A stretch of 63,119 nucleotides of DNA, the filler included, from Octopus bimaculoides (taxonomy: Eukaryota): NCBI RefSeq assembly GCF_001194135.2. It is 4 parts of 4 records of this genome, joined end to end, with 100 filler letters (N's around TTAATTAATTAA, not from the genome) between each part and the next. Parts side by side here need not be neighbours in the genome. Positions count along the whole stretch, not along the records: positions 31,162 to 46,821 come from NC_068999.1; positions 46,922 to 58,105 come from NC_069000.1; 2 more parts are not named here. The stretch is one strand, 5' to 3'. The translations under genes were made by a program, and so were the position numbers. This document shows positions 41,146-52,073 of the stretch, piece after piece (position 1 is the first letter of the stretch; the number at the start of each line of letters is the position of its first letter). Under the pieces are notes generated by a model. That model did not search any database and had not been told where the DNA came from. It saw only the letters and a list, made by a program, of their open reading frames with translations.

Positions 41146-41948
41146 TTGTGTGCGTGTGTGTGTGTATGTGTGTGTGTGTGTGTATAGGATCCGGACAAAC
41201 CCACACCCTTGGACAAAATCCCCTTAGTGAAAGTGCACATATCCACAACCATACACTCAATAATTTTAAATATGATCGCTTAAACCCCAATAGGATATGT
41301 ATTTCCTGTTCGAACATTGCGAGTTTATATGGCACAAGAGATGCACAAATTGTAGTTTATTTGTATATACACACACATTTTATAAAATACATCATCATCT
41401 ATGTAGTACTTCAAACTGGTTCTTTGTAGGTTACTACAAGAAAGTTTCTTTTGGCGAACCGGTCTATCTAAGCATTCATACGTAATTGGGACATCCAATG
41501 CACGAATTCAAACGGTCATCATGGCAGAATGTATGCAGATAATATGTAAGCTAATAATAAAAACTGGTGCTTAACTTCATTTCTCCTACATTTGATCTGT
41601 ATTAAATAGTTAGAAATAGTATAGTGTGTAGGAGTGAATTAACTAATATACTGGAAGCAGAATGGAATGTGATAATGTGGACAGAGCTCTAAACATAGCA
41701 GTAGGTGTCGTGCAGTTATTTCTGTGCATACACATGCACACACGGAAACACAAACACACGCATTCCTAAACACACACACGCACTCACCCAAACATATATA
41801 TATATATGCATTTATGCATATACATACATATGCATATGTGTTTATATATTCACATATGTATAAACGCCTACGTATGGCTAGATCTATAGATATGTAGCAA
41901 TATATGTATATATACGTATGCAAGTGTATGTATAAACGTATGTATGTA

Positions 41949-41990
<42 letters not shown>

Positions 41991-42213
41991 NNNNNNNNNN
42001 NNNNNNNNNNNNNNNNNNNNNNNNNNNNNNNNNNNNNNNNNNNNNNNNNNNNNNNNNNNNNNNNNNNNNNNNNNNNNNNNNNNNNNNNNNNNNNNNNNNN
42101 NNNNNATATATAGAGAGAGAGAGAGACAGACAGAGAGAGAGAGACAGAGAGACAGAGAGAAAGAGAGAGACAGAGAGAGACAGAGAGAGACAGATAGAAA
42201 GATATATATATAT

Positions 42214-42257
<44 letters not shown>

Positions 42258-42975
42258 TTAATATATCTATTCAGATAATTTATAAATATGTGTGTGATAC
42301 ATACATATATGATACAAGTATACATGCGTATATGTGTATGTGTGTGTATGTGTCTGCGTGTGTGTGTGGAGGGGCAATTCTTCGTGTATGTATGTATATA
42401 GGTATGCATCAATATTTATGATATACGCATTTCTGTAGGCAAGTACGTATGTTTGTCGATTACATTATGCAATCAGGCACAACTTGATATCTACGTATCA
42501 ACGCATTAATTTAAATTCTATGCAAATCCATCGAATGCTTCTTAGTTAGTCTCATCTATATCAGCATCTATATACACATACATATATATCTTTGTATGTA
42601 CGAGTGTATATGTATATATGTATATAAACATATGTGTGTGTGCGCGTGTGTATCCATACATACATATTTATAGAGACGTACATATATATTGTTCACTTGT
42701 TATTGTTTTCCGTCACCTATTTGCACTCGCGTATAAACACACACACATACACTTACACACCTATGCCTACGTATGTATTGGTAGATAGAGATAAAGAGCA
42801 AAAGATGCATAAATACGTACATGCATACGTATGCTAGTTTTCAAATTCAAATTCATGCTTAGCCATAATCTTTTATCAGTATTAATACTTTTCTACGTTT
42901 CCCAATATGTGGCTTTTTGTGTGTGTAATATATAAATATATATATATATATATGCACAAGTATAAACATAATATG

Positions 42976-43018
<43 letters not shown>

Positions 43019-43021
43019 GTG

Positions 43022-43070
<49 letters not shown>

Positions 43071-43630
43071 ATATATATATATATGCATATAAATATACAC
43101 ATATGTGCATATATTATGAATGTATGTGTGTATGTGGTATATGTATGTATTACTTGTTATATAAACAACGTAATAATATATTGAAAGAGAATATCATTTT
43201 CTGAAATATCTAATACGATACTTATAATGTTTTGATACGTCAATTCTTGGCTCAATCTTACAGAATATGAATACTTGAATATTAAGGCTATAAATTTNNN
43301 NNNNNNNNNNNNNNNNNNNNNNNNNNNNNNNNNNNNNNNNNNNNNNNNNNNNNNNNNNNNNNNNNNNNNNNNNNNNNNNNNNNNNNNNNNNNNNNNNNNN
43401 NNNNNNNNNNNNNNNNNNNNNNNNNNNNNNNNNNNNNNNNNNNNNNNNNNNNNNNNNNNNNNNNNNNNNNNNNNNNNNNNNNNNNNNNNNNNNNNNNNNN
43501 NNNNNNNNNNNNNNNNNNNNNNNNNNNNNNNNNNNNNNNNNNNNNNNNNNNNNNNNNNNNNNNNNNNNNNNNNNNNNNNNNNNNNNNNNNNNNNNNNNNN
43601 NNNNNNNNNNNNNNNNNNNNNNNNNNNNNN

Positions 43631-43663
<33 letters not shown>

Positions 43664-44147
43664 TAGTCTTTCACACATCAAATAATAAATATTCATAACT
43701 AAATATTTTCTGAGAAGAATAAATATTCAGTATCTGCGAGATTCATAAATTTTCCTACCACTGGTTTAAGATTACCGTTTCATTATTTTGCTTTGTTGTT
43801 TTCTTGTTGATTTTTCTTGTATTTTCTTCGGCCAATTCATAAATTGCCAGAAGGAAATATATACTAAACTCTTTTACTGTGTAATATCCACACGTCTATC
43901 ACCACGTGGTCTAAAATGTTTTTTTTTAAGTAAAAACTGAAATATTCAGATGTGTACTAATGTGAGCACACACACAAATACATACATAGATATATGTGTA
44001 TGTGTGTGTGTGTGTGTGTGTGTACGCGGGTGTGTATCAAATTATGTATATATACATCTCTATATACATATATATACATATACATATGTTTATAGATATA
44101 CATAAATATATATATATATATAAATTTATATCTGTAAATATAAATAA

Positions 44148-44183
<36 letters not shown>

Positions 44184-44216
44184 AATATATATATATATAA
44201 ACAATATATATAAACA

Positions 44217-44275
<59 letters not shown>

Positions 44276-44729
44276 TGTATGTGTATATACGTATATATAC
44301 ATTATAACTCATATCTTATCCCTGCAAATATAAAGGCTTTATATTAGATGGTAAAATACTGAATCATAAATATTGAATGATATTTCAAAAGCACTTTATA
44401 TATCTTATATCCAAATGGATTAAAACTTATCTTTAACATATTTCGATAAGATGTGTAACCCAATATATCTGTATGGCTATATATATTTGCAGAGACATAA
44501 AATGTTTCAGACGTCATGTACATGTCCCTGCTAAAATATGTTTATGTATCTAGCCTTATCTTTTTAAATATGTTAACCTAATCTACAAATATTATACACG
44601 TCCAAATGTAAATGCACTCATTGTCATACACATTCACAAGCACCATAACACACAGAGGTGCATATGCATACATACATACATAAATAAATAAATAAATAAA
44701 TAAATAAAGTAAATAAAGTAAAATGCATA

Positions 44730-45049
44730 GAGCCTCTTCAGTCATAAATGACCATGGTATTGCACCTAGAAATTTACCCTCCGAGGTACAATTCCGGGCA
44801 AGGTTTTTATGGAAGTCCAACAGTCTCCTGTCCACGCCACTGATGTTACCCAAGGGAAAGGCAAAGGCCGATACAGCTTCGCCGATACACCAGTAACGTC
44901 GCAACATATTTCTACAGGTGAGTGAACTGGAGCAACGTGAAATATAATATCTTTCTCAAGAACACAACACACAGCCCGGTCCGGGAATCGAAGACACTAC
45001 CTCATGATTGTCAGCTCCGTGCTCTAACCTCTGAGCCATGCGTCTACAC
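44730..45049 (-). mobile_element. tRNA-derived SINE, family A, full length
   Basis: Minus strand gtgtagacgcATGGCTCAGAGGttagagc..TTCGATTCCcggacc. Confidence 0.8.
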
Positions 45050-45100
45050 ACCCTACCTCTGTCATGAAAATCAGCACATGTTTTCAAAGATTTTCTTATA

Positions 45101-45620
45101 TGACTAACAGAGGTATCTGAGTTTAACCCTATGCGTTAAGAGTGGTTAATTAGAATTAGGAGAGTCGACATGAAACACTGAAATCCGTTTGTCGGTCATT
45201 AAGAGAGTGCTTTTGTGGCCTTTGAATTGTTTTAACTTGCAAAAGCTGTACTAGTCAGTACCTTCTGTCATTTTGTGACCTCTATTAATTTTTGCTTTTA
45301 GGTTCTAATTGCTAATAAGCCACCCTTTTAAATTTATTTTCTTATTTGTTATTTACACTTTTACCGTTTTGTAAAACAGCATATATTTTCAACAGTTTTT
45401 TTTTTATAAGACTGACAGAGGTAGTTGAGTTTCACCCTAGGCGATAAGAGTCGCTGATGAGGATTAAGATGGTCTACATCAAAACCCGAAATCGCGATCC
45501 GGCTATATACACTGAGGATTTCCTTCCCTTTGTCAGTCATTAAGACAGCGCTTTTGTGGTTTTGGGTTGTTTTAACTTTTATTTTTAGCAAAAGCTGTGC
45601 TAGTCAGTACCCTCTGTCAC
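45101..45620. mobile_element. Two tandem diverged copies of a short MITE-like element (45101-45270, 45411-45620)
   Basis: Shared internal blocks (gtcattaagasagygcttttgtgg; gcaaaagctgtrctagtcagtacc) and imperfect TIRs TGACAGAGG..TA / TACCCTCTGTCA. Confidence 0.6.
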
Positions 45621-45647
45621 TTCTGCAACCTATATTCCGCTCTCTCA

Positions 45648-45685
<38 letters not shown>

Positions 45686-45689
45686 TTTT

Positions 45690-45850
45690 TAAATTCTCTC
45701 TCTGTTTCTTTTCTCGTGTTCCTTCCTGTTTAAGAGCGTAGGCTCGGAACGTAAAAGACTTTCTCACCTTCCCGAGCGTTAAACTAATAAACCTGTTTAT
45801 TGTTTGTATACCTGTTTTGTCTTTTGGTTTTTTGTACATTTCAACTATAT
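45690..45850 (+). mobile_element. Solo PLE terminal-repeat-like relic with hammerhead-like motif
   Basis: CTGTTTA-A-GAGC(gtag)GCTC-GGAAC-GTA at 45726-45753, between (CT)n and (TA)n tracts. Confidence 0.4.
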
Positions 45851-45862
45851 ATNNNNNNNNNN

Positions 45863-45907
<45 letters not shown>

Positions 45908-46786
45908 TGTGTGTGTGTGCGTGTGTGTGTGCGTGTGCGTGTGGGTGTGTGTAGGACAGTTTCCTTGCAGTTTCCATCTACTAAATCTATACACGTGACT
46001 ATATGTACATATGTAAATACACACACAGGTCATGCTGGAGCACCACCTATATGTACATTTATTTATATTTATGTTTATATTTACATCTGTACACACCCAC
46101 GTCCAGAAACATACGCACGCACACACAAACAAACAGACGAGCGAGCACACATATATATATTCTTACTTAGCTTGTTAGTTACTAACCTCAACATATATGA
46201 TGCACATGAAGTCTTACGTTTTCTGCATAATATTTTTTAGATATAGAAAGATACTGTTTCTGATTGGAGCTCAAAAGAATTATGTTTGTAGATTATATTC
46301 ATTAATACGTTAACCCAAATATATATTCAAATAAATTTAACCATAAGAGTTACTTTTTTTGTTTTGTTTTGTTATTTGTTTTTTGTTTTTTTTAAACGTG
46401 CGCTTAAGAGATTTGTGCGGGCTGTATGTGTCCTTGTGTTGTTTACTTTTGGTAAGTGTTTTTGTTAACATATTTATATATGATGACCTTATAAGAACAT
46501 TCTGATATTAAAACGTATGAATAGATGTTCACAGATTCATTAAATTCGTTTACAATATATATATACATTATATATATATACACACGCATGTCTGAAGGAG
46601 CATTTTTCTCTTCACAACTACGTTATTGACGAGATCACCCCGTCATTCTTCCCATCATCTTAGTCTTCCCACTATAAACTGTCGAGGTGGGGTCGATCTA
46701 TAAGCTAGAGAGAATGGAACTTTCAACAGAAAGCGCATGAAAGTTAAGGCACACCACACACACATGGATTCCTCTCTCTCTTTATA

Positions 46787-46821
<35 letters not shown>

Positions 46822-46921
46822 NNNNNNNNNNNNNNNNNNNNNNNNNNNNNNNNNNNNNNNNNNNNTTAATTAATTAANNNNNNNNNNNNNNNNNNNNNNN
46901 NNNNNNNNNNNNNNNNNNNNN
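46822..46921. other. Artificial scaffold spacer N44-TTAATTAATTAA-N44
   Basis: Identical structure to 31062-31161. Confidence 0.95.
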
Positions 46922-47190
46922 ATACATATATATATATATATATATATGTGTAAAATGTTCACCAAGAATGAATACTCTCAATCTGCTCAATTAACAATTC
47001 TATAATATTAATTTACTAATTAACTTACCGAATTATCATCCGCCCACTATTCAGAATATATTTAGCACTTTGTGATTAACAAAAATGTTTATTTTCAAAC
47101 GCAAAAATGAGTCTTCTTTATAAAGCTGTTCTTAAGGGTTTCAACGACCACCATCACAACCTCTTGATCAAGTATTAAGGAACAACTTAC

Positions 47191-47366
47191 CTCAAACATG
47201 TCCCCAATGAGTCCGTACCGTATAACTGTAATGGTACACTGCCATAAAGTATCGCAGTAAAGATATTCATCCGGACGGAATGAGTGCCGCATCAGGGCAA
47301 AGCCAATCAGACTGTATATGTAGATGACAATAATTCCGAGGATGGCCACCCATAAGAGAGAATAAC
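47191..47366 (-). CDS. Itpr-like: Itpr-like exon, S5, pore helix and filter ([27 protein letters not shown]...[22 protein letters not shown])
   Basis: 176 nt, attttcag|GT TAT...GAG|gtaagt, phase 1-0. C-D-T-L-x-x-C pore-helix entry as in IP3R/RyR. Confidence 0.94.
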
Positions 47367-48111
47367 CTGAAAATAAGAAACGGCGAAAATGTAGAGGAAA
47401 ATAGTGTGAGATGACACTGAAACGTGCGTGCCTGTGTGTGTGCCTTGAGTAGGACTCTTGCGTTGATCAGCTCAAAGTAAAAAGCACCTTTATACTTTGA
47501 TAGTACAGAGGTGAATTTATTGTCTGGATACGAAACAGAGAGAAATTGCCATTCTGTTCAGGAACTGTACTGTTTTCATGAACCTGTATGTATATGTATA
47601 TACGAGGTCAGATCAATAAGTGTCTGGCCTGTTGCCATAGTAACGAAGCTAAAGCACGTAGAGTGAAGTCACTCAGCAAAAATTGACTTTAAACTCCGCT
47701 GTAAATGCGCACTAAGTTTTAACATTCTAGTTCACTTCCGCTGTCTACAGCAGTGCTTGGTAGAAAGGTGTGTAGCATATGACCGTCGCATTGACCATGA
47801 CAGAGAAAGTTGTCGTGGTGATACTAACTCAGAGGCCTCCGCAAAGTTGCAGAAAGTGTATGGAGAGGAGTTTATGAGCNNNNNNNNNNNNNNNNNNNNN
47901 NNNNNNNNNNNNNNNNNNNNNNNNNNNNNNNNNNNNNNNNNNNNNNNNNNNNNNNNNNNNNNNNNNNNNNNNNNNNNNNNNNNNNNNNNNNNNNNNNNNN
48001 NNNNNNNNNNNNNNNNNNNNNNNNNNNNNNNNNNNNNNNNNNNNNNNNNATATGCATATGTATATATATATATATTTATGCATATATGCATATATGCATA
48101 TATGGACGTCC

Positions 48112-48147
<36 letters not shown>

Positions 48148-50757
48148 ATATATACATATATGCATATGTATATATGGGTACAGGACGTCACAAAACGTAA
48201 GCAACATGAAATACGAAGGCAAACTTGGGTATGCGAACAACGAGAGAAAGAAATGGAAAACAGGACAAGTAACATAAAGAACGACTCTTCATCAGTTGTC
48301 GGCTGTTCATCTACTCCACATTTCGAACAGGTAGTTTGTTTCGGTTGTAACGACTAAAAAGGATTGTTATCTGTGTCATAATTTGAGACGTTTGCACAGA
48401 AGATGAAGGGAAGAAAAGAGAAAGGGGATGAAATTACATGAAATTATACATCGTATACAAAATATGTGAACACATGAATGATGCAATCCTCCTGATACAG
48501 GAGAACTTCTAACAACGGTCAATCAAGGAACCTTACGATTCAATCTGCAGGCTCATACTTAGGAGTATTTCCTTTCACCCTGACCCTTTTTTTCCCCCAC
48601 AGACACTCAGTAATAAAAACAAGAAATACGTGAAATGTTCTGGCTTACCATTTTGAGTAACGGCTTTGATCACTCCGGACAGAAGCTGGTTGTTGTTGAC
48701 AACGTTTAAAAGATGAAAGGCGAAGAAGTAGCCATAAAACGTACCAGCTATGGACATCCCTAGAAAGGCCTGTTGTCGGGAGATAAAAGAGATAAGCTTT
48801 ATATTGTAATATTCAAATAGTTACTATTTTAGTGGGTATAGTTATTATATCGTAGGTATAACGTGAATATTTTTTTTAGTTGAATTTTAGCAAAAGGGCT
48901 CAATATAATACAAGGATTCAATTTCCTTGGAGTATATATAGAAATTTATTTGTTTCAGTCATTTGACTGCGGCCATGCTGGAGCACCACCTTTTGTCGAA
49001 CAAACCGACCCCAGGACTTATTCTTTGTAAGTCTAGTACTTATTCTATCGGTCTCTCTTTTTGCCGAACCGCTAAGTTACGGGAACGTAAACACACCAAC
49101 ATCGGTTGTCAAGCGATGGTTGGAGGACAAAGAGAACACAAATATATACATGTATGTATGCATGCATGTATGCATGTATATGACAGGCTTCTTTCAGTTT
49201 CCGTCTACCAAATTCACTCACAAGGCTTTGGTAGGCCCGATGCTATAGTAGAAGACACTTGCCCAAGGGGCTATGCAGTGAGACTGAACCCGGAACCATG
49301 TGGTTGGGAAGCAAGCTACTTACTACGTGGGCGCAGGCATGGCTGTGTGGTTGAGAAACTTGCCTTACAACCAGTTGGTTTCAGCGGTATATTAAGCAAG
49401 TCTCTTCTATTTAAGCGCCAACCAATGCCTTGTGAATAAATTTGGTAGACGGAAGCTGTGTGGAGGCCCGTCGTACATGTGTGTATGTGTGTGTATGTGC
49501 GTGTGTGTGCGCGAGTATGTGTTTGTGCGAATATGCGTGTGTTGGTNNNNNNNNNNCATGTGTGTATGTGTGTGTATGTGCGTGTGTGTGCGCGAGTATG
49601 TGTTTGTGCGAATATGCGTGTGTTGGTTTGCGTGCGTGCGTGCGCGCGTGTGTATGTGTGTTTGTGTGCGTGCGTGTATGTATTTGTGTGCGCCCGCGCG
49701 CGTTTGAGTGCATGTGTGCGTGTCTGTGTGTATGTGTGTGTGTATGTTTGTGTGTGTGTTTGTGTATGTGTAACTTGGCAGTTCAGAAAAAAAGTGTACT
49801 ACAGAGTGAGTACAAGATTTAAAAAAATAAATAATGAGGTTGATTTGTTGAACTGAAGCTTTCAAGGAACCAAAGAATATAAGAATAAAAGAATTCACAC
49901 TTGCCACGTAGTAGAATGTCCTGAAACTGAAGAATTTCACATCCAATTTCGATACAGTGTCTTTATTTTGCAACCGTTCATTCTCTTCCTCATCTACTTT
50001 ACCACAAACTCGTCTGAAACAAAGAATTAATAGCAAAAATGTATAACGGGGGCAAAATAACAGTGTTGCTTTAGAAAATTGTCGCTTCCGAGGAATTCCG
50101 GAACTAGGCAAGGATTTAAAAGGATGAGAGGGGAGGCTGAGGTTTGTTGCTGAAGAAAAAGTACTTGATATAAAAAAAAGAAAAAAAACAGTAGTACACA
50201 GACAAGACTGGCTGAGGGTGCCTTCATACATAGTCACTATAACTGCTGCTGTACTGACAGTGAAACCAAGGCAAAATCTGCTAGGTGCAGATCGATGGTC
50301 TATCATAAAAATACGTAAATCATTCCAGACGGAGAAGTTATTGGCTCTTTGAGTAAGACACGGAAGTGACAACAGTTGGAGAACATAATGGATGTTTGAG
50401 TAAGACGAAAGTGACAACAACTGGAGAAGCTATTTGACGTTTGGATAAGACGGAAGTGCCAGCAGTTGGAGAAGCTACTGTTCAAGTGACAATAGTTTGA
50501 GAAGCCATAGGGCGTTTAGTGCTGTAAGGTAACAAAAAGTGACTTACCTGATTGGTGTAGTTATTTCTGACCAACTCGGCAATCTGGGATGATTGGAGAG
50601 GAGATAGCTAATCAATACAAACAATGAAAACACATTGTGTATTATGGCTAGTGTTAACATAATTATGTCGTAGTCACTTGTTTGGATTTCCCGAATGACT
50701 GGAGTAGGACTGGAATAAAATGAAATTAGTTATGAGACAGTAGGGGCTGTTGCCTCC

Positions 50758-50790
<33 letters not shown>

Positions 50791-50884
50791 ATTAATATAT
50801 ATCTATCTCTTTTACACTTTTACATGTTTCACACATTGGGTTAGAGTCTCGCCTTGTATATATATTTCTCTCTGTCTCTCCCCC

Positions 50885-50954
<70 letters not shown>

Positions 50955-51158
50955 TATGTATGTATATATATGTGTGTCTATGTGAGTAAATATATATATA
51001 TAATTGTATGTATGTATATATATATGTATATATATATATGTGTGTATATATATATGTATGTATATATATATATATATATATGTGTATATATATATGTATG
51101 TATATATATATATATATATATATGTGTATATATATATGTATGAATATATACATATATG

Positions 51159-51239
<81 letters not shown>

Positions 51240-51515
51240 NNNNNNNNNNNNNNNNNNNNNNNNNNNNNNNNNNNNNNNNNNNNNNNNNNNNNNNNNNNNN
51301 NNNNNNNNNNNNNNNNNNNNNNNNNNNNNNNNNNNNNNNNNNNNNNNNNNNNNNNNNNNNNNNNNNNNNNNNNNNNNNNNNNNNNNNNNNNNNNNNNNNN
51401 NNNNNNNNNNNNNNNNNNNNNNNNNNNNNNNNNNNNNNNNNNNNNNNNNNNNNNNNNNNNNNNNNNNNNNNNNNNNNNNNNNNNNNNNNNNNNNNNNNNN
51501 NNNNNNNNNNNNNNN

Positions 51516-51551
<36 letters not shown>

Positions 51552-52042
51552 TTGTATGTGTGTATTAGCGGACTTCCACGCAGAGTTTCCGTCTTCCAAA
51601 CCCACCGAAAAGACACACGACAGGAGGGGTCCCTACAATTTCTTGCCAAACGATCCGTACAAATGACTTGCTTATAGTGATTATCAAATGTAACATCACT
51701 CTCCCCATCATATCGACGTTACCTGAACAGGTGCGCGGTGTGCCACGCGTCAGGTGTCGAAGTGATCGCAAAGTGAAATAAAGTGTGCTGCTCAAGAACA
51801 CAACGCAGCATGAAGTAGGGGGGAATCGAACCCACGATCTTGTGATCATTAGTGCAACGCTGTAACCACTGGGCCGGGTCACGTGACTTCACTCTGAGGA
51901 TATATTGTGTCTAAAAAGTAAGAGTTTAGTTAGATGACAACGATAAATAATAATAATACTTTCTCGTCATTGGGCCGACCGAAACAACAACAGCTACAAC
52001 TACAACGATAGCAACCACAACAACAACAACAAGAACAGTAGC

Positions 52043-52073
<31 letters not shown>

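Noticed and set aside
48270-48360. Type II hammerhead from GAAA...CTGATGA order on the minus strand (also 34550-34592)
   Set aside because: Helices I and II cannot be formed; probably PLE tail remnants.
50027-50420. Open frame upstream of the 50013 exon, and [12 protein letters not shown] resembling the S2 exon (possible relic duplicated exon)
   Set aside because: Similarity is low and compositional; no good splice sites; intron retention hits TAA immediately.
50351-50517. CRISPR-like array (also 56624-56699)
   Set aside because: Contiguous tandem units without unique spacers, in eukaryotic intronic DNA.
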